A DNA stretch of 64,000 nucleotides from an uncultured Acidimicrobiia bacterium (GCA_963786955.1 CAWBAT010000005.1:1536001-1600000); one strand, 5' to 3'. Counted from the first letter of the stretch, positions 21,242 through 32,229 are shown. Translations and numbers: made by a program. Notes: a model not told the origin generated them from the letters alone.

Positions 21242-21913
21242 CTAGAGGATGTTGACCGCCCGCCCCGCTAACAAGGCAATCACGGTCAAAGAAATGAGAG
21301 ATTGCAACATCATGAGGAGCTTTGCCCAACGGGTAAGCACTGGTGAATCGGTGGGGGAAAAGGCCGTGCTCGTATTAAAGGCGAGGAACAGGTAGTCGAC
21401 AAAGTTGGGGGACCAGTCCTCCTGTTCCGCGCCACTCCTTGCCTGGGGAGGAAGTGTCATTTGTGGAAACAAGAACGCACCTTCAGGATGGCCTCGCCGT
21501 TGATCGCGCCCGTGTGGGCCGCCTGCATCAAGCCGCCAGTACCAGAGCGCAAAGACCAGGATATTCGTGACCCACAGAGATGCGGCAGATAACAACAGCT
21601 CGGCCGGGGTTTCCTTGTGCGCAGGCAATGCGTCGATCAGCAGGACCACCGAGACAATCAAGCCCAAGGTCACCGCGCCGGTGGCGGCAAAGCCGACTAC
21701 ACGATTGAGCTGATGATGTTTCTTGGCATGTGAAATGACGGTTGGCACCAACAGGGCAAGAATAATTGCTGGAAAAACCCAACGAGGGCCAAGCAACAGA
21801 TAGGAAGGAAGCGCCGTGTGCAACCCCCCCACGGCCAACACCGCGATCCAGGCTGGCCAGCGCGGCTCCGGGTCCAACCGATCGAATGTCTCAATTGAGT
21901 TCGTGTTGTTCAT
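21242..21913 (-). CDS. DUF1345-like membrane protein
   Basis: Hydrophobic helices, FLFPQM and PNFVDYLFLAFNTSTAFSPTD. Confidence 0.75.
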   Translation of the reverse strand: MNNTNSIETFDRLDPEPRWPAWIAVLAVGGLHTALPSYLLLGPRWVFPAIILALLVPTVISHAKKHHQLNRVVGFAATGAVTLGLIVSVVLLIDALPAHKETPAELLLSAASLWVTNILVFALWYWRLDAGGPHGRDQRRGHPEGAFLFPQMTLPPQARSGAEQEDWSPNFVDYLFLAFNTSTAFSPTDSPVLTRWAKLLMMLQSLISLTVIALLAGRAVNIL

Positions 21914-22421
21914 CCTACTCCGAGTGCCTTCCCGCTTTTTCAGGTGTTTTCAATGGGTGTGGATTAGACTGAACCTCTTATTGTCGAAACCCTCGAATCC
22001 ATAAAAACACCCTCAAATAAGGGCGAGGCGAATCTTCCAACCGGCTCAATAAGCCCATTTTAGCACTGAAAGGCTCGAAGGCTGGGCCGTGTTTTTTGTC
22101 CCGACAACATGCTCTAGCCAACCAAGCAGCTTGCTCTGGTAGCTCCGTAAGGCTGGGTCATCGTCCCAGCCTCCATGTCCTCCATGCCCTACCGTAATGA
22201 TTTCACATTGCGCCCCGGCCCGTGAACATCATATTCGAACCATTGCTTTTTAGAACCCGCTGCTAAGACTCAATGCAGACGAGCATCGAAGCACCACTTA
22301 GAATCCTTTTTCCGCCTTTCAACCGGATGGACATAGTCGTGAGTATTCGAAACAATCCTTGACCCCGGCTGGTCTAATTGCTAGGTTTTCGACTCCACTC
22401 TATTGTGCGGACAAAATAATC

Positions 22422-23936
22422 ATGAAATCACGACTCCCCTTGGTTTTGCTCATCGTTGTTGGCTTAGTTTGCCCTGCGGCTGATACCTCTTCCCAGAGCT
22501 TGCCTCGCAGCAGCCCCGAGAAACAGGGGATCTCTTCAACTGCAATTCTCGCTTTTGTCGAGGCCGCTGATACAGAGGTCAACACGATGAACAGCTTCAT
22601 GTTGGTGCGCCACGGCACCGTTGTGGCCGAGGGTTGGTGGGCGCCTTATGATGCAAAAAGTCCGCACATGCTGTTCTCACTGAGCAAGAGCTTTACGTCT
22701 ACCGCCGTGGGATTGGCGATCACAGACGGGAAGCTCAGCCTCGACGACGAAGTCTTAAAGTTCTTCCCCGAGGACGCGCCTGCCGAACCCGGTGCCAACT
22801 TGAAAGCAATGCGGATACGCGACTTACTCTGTATGTCCACCGGAGACCAAACCGAACCGACCCTCGCTGCAAACGAGCCTTGGACAAAGACCTTCCTCGC
22901 GCACCCCGTTCCATTTAAGCCAGGTACACACTTCCTCTACAATACACCGGCCAGTTACATGCTTTCGGCCATCGTTCAAAAAGTGACCGGAATGACGGTA
23001 CTCGATTTCCTGCGGCCACGGCTGTTCGAACCCTTGGGAATAGAGAAACCCACTTGGGATACGAGTCCGCAAGGAATCTCTCTGGGCGGGTATGGCCTGA
23101 GCGTACGCACGGAAGATATTGCTCGCTTCGGACAACTCTACCTTCAAAAAGGTGAATGGAAGGGGCGGCAATTGGTGCCAGCAGCCTGGATCGCTGCGGC
23201 CACGATGCGCCAGACGTCCAATGGCAGCAACCCGAAGAGTGACTGGGATCAAGGTTATGGTTACCAATTCTGGCGCTGCCGGTATGGACAGTATCGCGGC
23301 GATGGGGCGTTTGGACAATTTTGCGTTGTCCTGCCCGACCTCGATGCTGTTGTGGCGATCACAGGCGGTTACCGCAATATGCAATCGGTATTGGATCTCG
23401 TTTGGGAGAAACTTCTACCTGCCATGGAGACATCTTCGTTGCCAGCCAATGGTGAGGCCAACGAAAAGCTCTTGAAGAAGTTGGCAAGCCTGACGGTGCG
23501 TGCACCCTCCGGGCATTCTATGCCTCCACTCGCTGCTGCTCGATCGGGCAAGACCTATGGTTTCCCGGCAAACGATCGGCATCTTGAGGCCTTGTCATTT
23601 GAGTTTAAGCCCGACGGAGCGACACTCATGATCCGCACTTCCAGCGGCGAGAGTCGAATTGCATGCGGGAACGGCTCCTGGAAAAAGGGACGATCTTCCT
23701 TTGTGAATGGGCTCGATAATCGCATGGTGCTGCCATCTATCCATCCGGTTGCTGCCAGCGGCGCCTGGACCGCAGACGATATCTATACCGTAAAGCTTTG
23801 CCTATACGAGACGCCGTTCTACACCACGTTTAGTTTCCGATTCAATGGTGAACAAGTCGTGTTTGATTCCGAATACAACGTTGCATTTACTCCGACGCCG
23901 ACGACTCTCCCACAACTGACCGGCCACGTACCGTAA
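22422..23936 (+). CDS. Secreted serine hydrolase (beta-lactamase/AmpC-related family)
   Basis: Signal peptide from MKSRL, SLSK (SxxK), FLYNT, GYGYQFW and GDGAFGQ. Confidence 0.88.
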   Translation: MKSRLPLVLLIVVGLVCPAADTSSQSLPRSSPEKQGISSTAILAFVEAADTEVNTMNSFMLVRHGTVVAEGWWAPYDAKSPHMLFSLSKSFTSTAVGLAITDGKLSLDDEVLKFFPEDAPAEPGANLKAMRIRDLLCMSTGDQTEPTLAANEPWTKTFLAHPVPFKPGTHFLYNTPASYMLSAIVQKVTGMTVLDFLRPRLFEPLGIEKPTWDTSPQGISLGGYGLSVRTEDIARFGQLYLQKGEWKGRQLVPAAWIAAATMRQTSNGSNPKSDWDQGYGYQFWRCRYGQYRGDGAFGQFCVVLPDLDAVVAITGGYRNMQSVLDLVWEKLLPAMETSSLPANGEANEKLLKKLASLTVRAPSGHSMPPLAAARSGKTYGFPANDRHLEALSFEFKPDGATLMIRTSSGESRIACGNGSWKKGRSSFVNGLDNRMVLPSIHPVAASGAWTADDIYTVKLCLYETPFYTTFSFRFNGEQVVFDSEYNVAFTPTPTTLPQLTGHVP

Positions 23937-23937
23937 A

Positions 23938-25548
23938 TTAGGTAATTGAATCGCGGGCCGGCCCGCATTCGAGCAATTCATCCGAGGGACGACCATCGCA
24001 ATCCGGCAAGTCCACACCCAGGTACCTGGCAAGCGTTGGTGCCAGATCGAGCAGGGAAATCTCATTGGTGAGCGCGCCAGGACGTATCATAGGGCCGGCT
24101 GCGACGAATAACCCAAACTGCCGGTGCTCGCCAGTACGGCAATACTCATTGGCGCCTTCGATGACTCCAATCTTGGGGGAACTGGCGCGGACGAAGGCAC
24201 CGGCACCCTTCCCAACCGACGTGCTTCCAGTCGGCACTTCATCGCTCCACTCCACTAAGAGATCCGGGAGATGATCGAGGTGCTGGCCAGTATAGAGGTC
24301 CGCTGTTCGAAGAATGCGCTTTATTAGAGGCCTGGAGGTGCGTTCGTCCGTGATGTTCAGTAGATTTGCCGTCAATTCGTCAGAAAATGCCTTCGCCTCC
24401 TGCCCGGGCTTGAGAATTCCCTGGGGCTCTCGACCCATCAAATTCAGCCGGATCCCACCGACTGCTAGCCCATTGTTGACGGCAAAGCAGAGGCTCGTGG
24501 CCGTATCGACTCCTATCGTGGGAAGGTCTGCCCGGCCCCTGGAACGCAACTGCTCCAGGAGAGGTGCCATCCCTTTTCGAATTGGCGCTGGGAAGCGCCT
24601 CCAAATCCAGCGCCCTCCCGTGAGTGCCGTGGAAAAAATTCCATTGGGAGGGGGTGTGGCAGGGAGCGGTCGGGTTACGCCGAGCCGGAATAATGTCTCG
24701 CGAAGTAAAAACTGAGCGCCATACCAATAAGACATACCATGCGCCACGAGCAGCACGACTAGAGCGTTTTCGGCTTCATCCACCACCTCGCCAATAGCTC
24801 TGTCAATTGCTGTGTACACGAGACGCAGTGGGTCACCTACAGCCGCAACGATCGAGGGCTCGTGCGCCGGGTGATTCACATCATGTAAGTGCCAGCACTG
24901 ATGGCCGACACAATGAGATTCCGTAAACACCTGCATAAAGAAGTCCCAGTTGCCCTCTCTGAGGAAATGTCTGGTTAGCTCTGTTTTGGTGCGGACCCCT
25001 TGGACCAGTTGATTGGTAAATGCTTGATAGTCTCGAGGGGTCTGCCGCACGCCATCGCAAGACGGCCCTAGAGGATGGAGGCCGAAGCGAGAGCGAATGG
25101 TTTCAGCCAGCGGCGCTGGCCAGGTTTTGAATCCATAAACAGAGTCATGGCCACCCCACTCCACCACTTGAATCCCATTGAGGGACGAGTCAATGCAGGT
25201 GAGTGGGACATCCAGAATGGCCACGCGCCGTCCGGCTTGGCTGAGGTGTCTCCAAATTGGAACCCCGCCGACGATCCCATCTTCGGCGGGACGATAGAAG
25301 TCATACGTGCCCGGCTTGAGCTGAAAGAGGTAGTGAAAACCGTGCCGGGCAGGAGAGAGACCAGTATAGAAAGAGGGCCAGGTTGAACCGACAAAAAAGC
25401 CCTCCACACCCCGGATCTTCCCGACCCGACCACGGGCCATCAACGAGCGGATGGCGGGGAGGGTTCCGTCTTCCGCCCACTGCTGGAGCAACAGGGGATT
25501 TGCTGCATCGATGCCGAGCACGAGGACTTTTGTTGGATTTTTCAACAT
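23938..25548 (-). CDS. Alkaline-phosphatase-superfamily type I phosphodiesterase / nucleotide pyrophosphatase
   Basis: LGIDAA, WPSFYTG, HCVGHQCW, AHG, GEH and DLAPTL. Likely start is MLKNPTK. Confidence 0.8.
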   Translation of the reverse strand: MLKNPTKVLVLGIDAANPLLLQQWAEDGTLPAIRSLMARGRVGKIRGVEGFFVGSTWPSFYTGLSPARHGFHYLFQLKPGTYDFYRPAEDGIVGGVPIWRHLSQAGRRVAILDVPLTCIDSSLNGIQVVEWGGHDSVYGFKTWPAPLAETIRSRFGLHPLGPSCDGVRQTPRDYQAFTNQLVQGVRTKTELTRHFLREGNWDFFMQVFTESHCVGHQCWHLHDVNHPAHEPSIVAAVGDPLRLVYTAIDRAIGEVVDEAENALVVLLVAHGMSYWYGAQFLLRETLFRLGVTRPLPATPPPNGIFSTALTGGRWIWRRFPAPIRKGMAPLLEQLRSRGRADLPTIGVDTATSLCFAVNNGLAVGGIRLNLMGREPQGILKPGQEAKAFSDELTANLLNITDERTSRPLIKRILRTADLYTGQHLDHLPDLLVEWSDEVPTGSTSVGKGAGAFVRASSPKIGVIEGANEYCRTGEHRQFGLFVAAGPMIRPGALTNEISLLDLAPTLARYLGVDLPDCDGRPSDELLECGPARDSIT

Positions 25549-25553
25549 GCCAT

Positions 25554-26444
25554 TCAGGATCGGAGGAGCGCTGAGAATAACTTCCGGGTGAAAGGGAGGT
25601 AGCGCCAGCCTCCAGGCTGACGGAGAGACTGAAGATGCCAGCTCCAAGCCCCCTTTCGATTACCCTCCCTTAGATGCAAGTCGGCTCCAATATGGTAGGC
25701 GCCTGCTAGTTTAGACTGGAAATGAACTCGCACGTCTTCCGGCAGATCAAGCTCCAGGATACGGCGCAACGCGGCTTCTTCACCCAGTGCGTAACCCCGA
25801 GACTTGGATTCTGAAAACGGTGTGTCCGCATGCCATACGACAGTAGGATGGTCGAGAAACTTGATCCGATAAATCGTTGCGAGCTGCAGTGCGAAGTAAG
25901 TGCACTCTCGATATCTGGGCATGCCATCAAAAAGTTCAGGTCCAACCGTTCCCGTCCGGCATAGCCATGAACCCGGCAATAACCAATTGCCGTGAAACAA
26001 AGCCCGCAAGGGGTCTTGCTCAACCATCGCAATATGATTGATGTGCAGTTTATCGCCATCCGAGCCACGCCTGAAGCCGTTGGTGATGACCGCGTCGAGA
26101 TCCGGTAACTCTTCGAGCGCTTGAACCCGCACCATCAGTGCCTGAGGGAGCATGAAGTCATCATCATCCAGCTCGGCAAAATATTCCGAATCAACTTTCT
26201 TCCGTCCGGTGCGTAGGGCCGTGGGAAGGTCCGCCTCTTCGAGCTGGATGACTCGAAGGCGACGATCTGCACTGAGCCGCCGAGTGAACTCCGGATCACC
26301 GTCCGGTCCATTGATGACGACGAGCGGGACAACGCGGACAGCCTCTTGAGTTAAAACGCTCTCAAGAGCTCGCTCAAGCAGCGGGATTCGGTGGCGCAGA
26401 GCCCGCGTAGGCATGATGACCGAAACTGTACAAGACTCCGACAA
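25554..26444 (-). CDS. Glycosyltransferase family 2
   Basis: VSVIMPT, LESVLTQ and ELDDDD (DxD). Confidence 0.85.
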   Translation of the reverse strand: MSESCTVSVIMPTRALRHRIPLLERALESVLTQEAVRVVPLVVINGPDGDPEFTRRLSADRRLRVIQLEEADLPTALRTGRKKVDSEYFAELDDDDFMLPQALMVRVQALEELPDLDAVITNGFRRGSDGDKLHINHIAMVEQDPLRALFHGNWLLPGSWLCRTGTVGPELFDGMPRYRECTYFALQLATIYRIKFLDHPTVVWHADTPFSESKSRGYALGEEAALRRILELDLPEDVRVHFQSKLAGAYHIGADLHLREGNRKGAWSWHLQSLRQPGGWRYLPFTRKLFSALLRS

Positions 26445-26868
26445 TACTAGCTCCCTCCGCCCTTGGTGGTTTGGCCCGGGTCATTCCCAAAGTGAATGGA
26501 GTCTATCCCTGAATCGTTCTGCACGGCTAGGAAGAAATCCTTTCCATTGAAAAGTGGGTCTCGATGAAAAAAATGGCCTTCTCTTGGTATCAATGCGGTA
26601 TTCACTTGCTATGCTCTGAGTCGACGCCTCGCTCAGTTCCCTCTGGCTCTTACCCATTTCCGGCGGCATGGTACAATTCCACCAGATCTTCCTTATTTGT
26701 TTCGGCTCGATCTACCCTGAGCTTCACAACAGAAGAAAGAGGATCCGCATAGGACTATTGCTCATCACCTGAAAGCCAAGGATAACGATATTCAACTGTG
26801 ACATTGGGAGTGGAAGGAATAGCGATGGAGTTGGACGCGCAAAGATATCAGGCGGGGCAATACTTAAA

Positions 26869-28359
26869 GTGGATATTTGCGTGGTTGGAGCCGGGCCTGC
26901 AGGAATGGTGTTGGCGCGCGAGTTGATTGGGCACAAGGTTGAGGTCTTGGTACTTGAGAGTGGGGGGTTAGAATCGGAGGAGTACATCCAAGAACTCAAT
27001 GAAGGTGCAGTGATTGGTGATCCCTATGTCGGCCTGCGTCAGAGCCGTCATCGGCGGGCGGGCGGTACGGTGGCCTTGTGGAATACGCCCGTGGGCAAGG
27101 GAGTCGGCGCCAAGTATGTGCCACTCGATCCTTGTGATTTTGAAGCAAGAGAGGATCTTCCGCTCTGTGGTTGGCCGTTTGATTCTTCGCACCTGGAACC
27201 ATTTTACAGGCGTTCCCAGAAAATCTGTGAATTAGGTCCGTTCGCCTATGATGGAGAAGATTGGGCCGATAGGAATCATCCTAGCTTCCCACTGGACGGT
27301 GAGCACTTAACCACCAGGGTTTACCAGTTCGGGGTTGGCCGTGCCTTCTCATATTCGCTCTTGCGGGATATTCGGAGGAGCGAGAACATCTCGCTCTTCC
27401 ATCACGCCACCGTCTGCAGTCTCGAAACGCAAGCTGCCGGAAGGAGAATTAACCAGGCGAATGTGGCGTGTTTAGATGGAAGGCAGTTCCATGTGCAGGC
27501 GTCGATTGTTGTGCTTGCCGCGGGGGCGATCGAAAACGCGCGCATTCTGCTTCTATCAAGAGAGAATGGGGAGGAAGCCATAGGAAACAAGAATGGCTGG
27601 GTAGGGCGGTGCTTCATGGAGCACCCTCGAGATTATGCGCTCACTCTCGTTCCCCGTTCTCAAGATCTATTCAGCCAAGCTCTGTTTTATGATGTCCACC
27701 CAGCACAGGACGGCACGATTATTGGAGGACGGATTGCTCTCCGAGCCGACACGATCAAGGCGGCTCGATTGCCGAATGCATCCATCACGCTTTTCCCACG
27801 GGTGAAAACGCGAACGTCATTTCCTGGATTGACTACTCGCCTACTGGCTCCTCTGTGCCGATTCATGAAAAATCAGCCAACGAGCGGCTATGGGTGGTCG
27901 AATACTCGGGATCTCTCAATCGCCTTTGATGCTTTTGAGTTACTGGTGAATATCGAGCAGCGACCGAATCCTGAAAACCGGATTGTGCTTGCAAAGACTA
28001 AGGATTTCCTCGGTGTCCCCCAAGTTGAGCTGCATTGGTGTTGGCGCGAACAGGAGCAGGCCGACCTCCAACGATTGAGGAGGGTTCTGGCCTCGGAGTT
28101 AGAAGCAGCGCGACTCGGCCAAGTCCAAATCCACTCGGATCAGAGGCCTGATCCTAACGCTCATCACCATGCCGGAACCACTCGAATGCATGAGGACCCG
28201 CGTTTTGGTGTGGTTGACCCCGATGGCCGCGTTCATGGAGTCGACAACCTTTATGTCAGCGGGGCGTCGCTGTTCCCCAGCGCCGGATTCGCTAATCCGA
28301 CCCTCACGATCGTTGCCTTGGCACTAAGACTGGCCGATCATCTTAAACGGAGAGTCTGA
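26869..28359 (+). CDS. GMC-family FAD oxidoreductase (probable true start ATG 26825, with a 1-nt deletion near 26841)
   Basis: DICVVGAGPAG, GAIENARILL, GRCFMEH, HHAGTTRM and ANPTLTIVALA. Confidence 0.88.
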   Translation: MDICVVGAGPAGMVLARELIGHKVEVLVLESGGLESEEYIQELNEGAVIGDPYVGLRQSRHRRAGGTVALWNTPVGKGVGAKYVPLDPCDFEAREDLPLCGWPFDSSHLEPFYRRSQKICELGPFAYDGEDWADRNHPSFPLDGEHLTTRVYQFGVGRAFSYSLLRDIRRSENISLFHHATVCSLETQAAGRRINQANVACLDGRQFHVQASIVVLAAGAIENARILLLSRENGEEAIGNKNGWVGRCFMEHPRDYALTLVPRSQDLFSQALFYDVHPAQDGTIIGGRIALRADTIKAARLPNASITLFPRVKTRTSFPGLTTRLLAPLCRFMKNQPTSGYGWSNTRDLSIAFDAFELLVNIEQRPNPENRIVLAKTKDFLGVPQVELHWCWREQEQADLQRLRRVLASELEAARLGQVQIHSDQRPDPNAHHHAGTTRMHEDPRFGVVDPDGRVHGVDNLYVSGASLFPSAGFANPTLTIVALALRLADHLKRRV

Positions 28360-28483
28360 GGACACTTTAGGTATGGACCGACCAAGTGAAGCGAAGCCAC
28401 TCAAGAGGCGGCTGATCAGGAGGTTCCGACTTGCTGTTAAAGCATGTGGAAATTCGTCTGTAGCAATCAAATGTAAATTAAGA

Positions 28484-30250
28484 CTACCAGGGCAGGAGGG
28501 TTCGGGGGTCGTTAGTCACATTGTCAATCACCGTAGCGTAAGCTGTAAATGCAGCTCCTGCCGTAGGCGTGGACAACTCGATGCGAGCTCCGCTCAAGTC
28601 GCCGCTTATGCCAAATTCACGGACCACGCGGCTTTGAGTCATTCCCAAGGGGTAAAGTGCGAAGTTTCCATGAGCCAACTCTACGCCGGTCTCCGACACG
28701 ATTGCCACATTGACATCGATAGGAATTTCCGTGCCATTACACATGATAAGGTTGGTCCTGAAATTGGCATCCTCGCGTATTCCCGGGATTGAGCGTGAAA
28801 TTCCTGAACTGATGAGCTGTGAATCCAAAACGGCCGGGACACTCAGGCCAAAAGTTCCTCCTCCAGGTGCGGGAGTGGAAGTTTGGGAGATGATACTGAG
28901 CGCACTACTCGACGACTTAATAAGCACCGCTCCAAAATCGGCGTTGGAGTGGAGTCCAAATACGGCTGAAAGCAAATCGGAATACGTAACTGCTTTCCCG
29001 CCTGCCAGCTGAAAACCCACTTCTTTCCCGTCCCGTCCGTCCTTGTTATTTCCAAGATATTTCAAGGTCGCCTGAGCCAGGCTATTACCAATATTGGCGA
29101 TGGCTAATTCTGTTGTGAAGTAAGCGCCGGCCTGGCCCCCCGCACGTGCAGCGGAAGTTAAGATCCAGGACGCTGGAACGCCATCGCCTCCAACAACTGT
29201 GGTTAACAGAGTGCGGGGATCGTTGGTTTGGTTGTCGATCACGGACGCATAAGCCGCGAAGTCCCCTCCGGCAGTAGGAGTTGAAAGCAGGAAATACGCG
29301 CCTCGGACGTCACTATTGACACCCAGCGACGTGAGTCCCGAAAACTGCGTCATACCGAGTGGTAGGAGGACAATGTGCTTATGCCCAAGGGCTATCCCGG
29401 CCTCTGAAACAACGGTTACATCAACGTCCAGGTTGGCCGGTTTCACGTTGGCCATGATTAAGTTGGTGCGGAACTGCGCATCCTGCCGTACACCTGAAAT
29501 GGCCCCGAGATTCCCGGCAGTAATGCGGTGTTCCATTCCCATGGCAGGGACACTTTGTCCAAATGTGCCTCCGCTTCCAGCTGTGTAGGTTTGCGAAAGA
29601 ATGGCGAGGCCAGGGTTCGTCGAATCAATCTTGATGGCTCCAAACCCTGTCCCGACATTGAATACGGAAGCCAGAACATCCTTGAAGGTAACGGAATTCT
29701 TGGGAGGGATGGGGGGGTACTTTTTTTCGGCTCCGGAACTGCCATCCACATTGTTTCCAAGAAACTTCAGGGTTATGTTTGCACTGGAGTTGCTCGGATT
29801 AGCCAGCGTCAAATCAGTCTTGTAATAAGCTGTTCCCTTCCCAGGAGCATGGGCGCTAGAGGGAAGCATCCAAGTATTGGCGAGGTCGACCGAGACCTCG
29901 TTCGAGTAATCACTCTCATGCCCGGAAAAGTCGTAGGCTGTTACCGCAAAGTAATATGTTCCCGCCGGCAAACCGCTGGCCGTAAAGCCGGGTTGATTCA
30001 CGGATCCGGCCAGAAGCGTATATTCCTCGAAACCGGCAAAGCGAGAGTATTGACGAGGAGAATTTCCGTAATAAACTTTGTATCCCGCAAGGTTGTTTTC
30101 AGTATTCGGATCCCATGCAAGGCTAATACCTGCGGCGTGAAGGCAAGGAGTAGTTAGAACAAGTATTAGGGCAGAAGAAAGCAAAATCCCCTTCACCTTT
30201 ATCCTTAGGGACAAATAATTCTCCTGGAATTGAATTTTTCTGTTCCTCAT
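28484..30250 (-). CDS. Secreted protein: fibronectin type III domain plus two tandem ~230-aa uncharacterised beta-rich domains
   Basis: Signal peptide, then Fn3 (LAWDPN..GYKVYYG..YYFAVTAYD..ES.YSNEV). Each repeat ends in YA(S/T)VIDN.TNDPRTLL. Confidence 0.8.
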   Translation of the reverse strand: MRNRKIQFQENYLSLRIKVKGILLSSALILVLTTPCLHAAGISLAWDPNTENNLAGYKVYYGNSPRQYSRFAGFEEYTLLAGSVNQPGFTASGLPAGTYYFAVTAYDFSGHESDYSNEVSVDLANTWMLPSSAHAPGKGTAYYKTDLTLANPSNSSANITLKFLGNNVDGSSGAEKKYPPIPPKNSVTFKDVLASVFNVGTGFGAIKIDSTNPGLAILSQTYTAGSGGTFGQSVPAMGMEHRITAGNLGAISGVRQDAQFRTNLIMANVKPANLDVDVTVVSEAGIALGHKHIVLLPLGMTQFSGLTSLGVNSDVRGAYFLLSTPTAGGDFAAYASVIDNQTNDPRTLLTTVVGGDGVPASWILTSAARAGGQAGAYFTTELAIANIGNSLAQATLKYLGNNKDGRDGKEVGFQLAGGKAVTYSDLLSAVFGLHSNADFGAVLIKSSSSALSIISQTSTPAPGGGTFGLSVPAVLDSQLISSGISRSIPGIREDANFRTNLIMCNGTEIPIDVNVAIVSETGVELAHGNFALYPLGMTQSRVVREFGISGDLSGARIELSTPTAGAAFTAYATVIDNVTNDPRTLLPW

Positions 30251-30328
30251 ATTAACGGCTTCTACTGAACACAACAAAACGTCACGACACATCCTAATTT
30301 TTGCGTCAACCTGAAAAACTCATTCTTA

Positions 30329-30360
30329 TTCTCCCTTCGATGGTGGCACCGAAGGGAGAA
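30329..30360. other. Perfect 11-bp hairpin in the AT-rich leader of the Fn3 gene
   Basis: TTCTCCCTTCG-N10-CGAAGGGAGAA; function not determined. Confidence 0.4.
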
Positions 30361-31098
30361 GTTGTACTGCGGTGCTGTGGAATACCGATTTTCGATAAAA
30401 CTGGGTCTAAACTCCAGGGAGGCATTATTAAGTTCCAGGTTTGCATAAACTAGGCGTCATTTTGATTAGACCTCGTCATCATGATATTCGATGACTCATG
30501 AGTATCTTACCTAAATTCATGAACTCTTTTACCCAAAACGGGCAGTTTTCTCCTCACCTGATTCTCGTCAAACTAGCCTAACGATGACTGGCCTAGGTTC
30601 TACTCGATTATTAAGTCATTTTATTTCTGCAAATTAAGAGATGTTTTGACCTTTTCGTGCCTAGGGTTGCTGTTTTGTCCACTTTGGCGACACTCCACGA
30701 TCAGGTTCTTACCTGCAATTGTGAGGTAATATAGGTGGTTTATGTTGTAGATACCTTCAGAATCGTTAAGAATTTGATATGAGTCTGATCCCTTCCGAGA
30801 TTGCCTCCCAAAAAGTACAAAGTTCATTATAGCAAGGAGGTTGGAGGGCGGATCCTACTTCTAAGGTCCTGCTAGTTGCCAGGTCTTTTGGTCAGCAAGG
30901 TGTTATGATTTCCGATAATTCATACCAGACGAAAATTCACAGCTGCTTGGAGTGGAAAGCGGTCTCGAAACAACTAAAAATAGAGTAATTTTTGCTAGGA
31001 CTATGAAAGTCGGAAAGAAGGGTTTAATTGCCGAAAATTTGCAGCTGGATCATCCGAGTTGGCAAGTTTTGAGAAGGGCGAGATGTGTTCACTGACAA

Positions 31099-32100
31099 TC
31101 ATCCAGCTAAGATCTTTCCATTAACCGCACCGGGGAGTCGCGCCCGAACAACTTCTCCAAATTGAGTGGGAACGTAGCCAGCTACGAGAAAAGGCTCATT
31201 TGACCAGCTCCAGGCAGTCCAACCCATTCCCAGCTGATCAAAGTAGTCGGCCAGCGACCGTCCCCATTCTTGATCCTCTTCTTGGCCACCCCACTCGGCT
31301 GCAAACACGGGTACACGAGTCGCCAGGTTTCCAAAAGCGTCTTCCCAGTTTACGTCTTTGTTATTGTAGACATGGGTGGAGTAAACCAGATTTGCCCGAT
31401 TCAGCGGCATACCGCGTAGGTCGTAACCCCAATTGATACCTGAAACAAATACGACTGCATCCGGATTGGCTAAGCGGATCACATCAATGAGCCGGAGTGC
31501 CCAGGGCTGCCACTCGGCCATCGTGACTCTCCGATGCGTCATCGGATAGAGTGCGCCATCCTCTCGAACCAGCGGATAGGGATCATCGGGAAGACAGTCA
31601 TGAGGTTCATTGAAGAGGTCGTAAAGGACGGCGGGCTCGTCATGATAGTGGCTGGCGAGCAGTTCCCAAACTTCGACAGACCGCAAGTTGGGGAGTGGGG
31701 CCACAAAGTTACGGTGGCCGCCGAAAGGGCGATCGGCATCCAGCCACTGCAAGTCGAGAAGAGCGTAGGCCCCAGCGCGCGATGCCCAGTCGATCACCCG
31801 GTCAAGGTTACTCAGATATTCTTCGGCACTATGCCCTCTTCGGCCATTCAAAGCCCAGTCCTGATTGAAGGGCAGCCGGATAATGTTGCAGTTCCAACCT
31901 GTGACAATAAACTCAATCTCCGCTCGTGAGATTCCGGCTGCAGAACAGAACCCTTCTTCGTTCGGCTCCGCCCACTCCAATCCAGAGCGATTGACTCCTC
32001 GCAGCAGAACTGGTTTGGCACTGCCGGCCTCGACGATGCAATTTTCCGAAGTGGCAAGTGGTTGGAGCCCGTTAGAGAGTTGACCGTTCATGAGCCTCAA
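31099..32100 (-). CDS. Glycoside hydrolase family 5 (cellulase-like)
   Basis: LRGVNRSG, IIRLP, FNEP (acid/base), HVY and AEWG (nucleophile). Confidence 0.88.
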   Translation of the reverse strand: MRLMNGQLSNGLQPLATSENCIVEAGSAKPVLLRGVNRSGLEWAEPNEEGFCSAAGISRAEIEFIVTGWNCNIIRLPFNQDWALNGRRGHSAEEYLSNLDRVIDWASRAGAYALLDLQWLDADRPFGGHRNFVAPLPNLRSVEVWELLASHYHDEPAVLYDLFNEPHDCLPDDPYPLVREDGALYPMTHRRVTMAEWQPWALRLIDVIRLANPDAVVFVSGINWGYDLRGMPLNRANLVYSTHVYNNKDVNWEDAFGNLATRVPVFAAEWGGQEEDQEWGRSLADYFDQLGMGWTAWSWSNEPFLVAGYVPTQFGEVVRARLPGAVNGKILAG

Positions 32101-32229
32101 GCGCGACGAAATGCCGCAACTATATCATGAATCTCAGCGCCCCCCCCTTTCCGCCCCTCCTGCCCTAGTTTGACAATACCGTCGACTCGTAGCTAAACTG
32201 TCCCTAAACCTTATCGGAGGAGTAAATCA

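Noticed and set aside
26481-26750. Possible GT4 remnant (MRILFLLL*) and a 62-aa ORF upstream of the GT2
   Set aside because: Too short, with no further family motifs.
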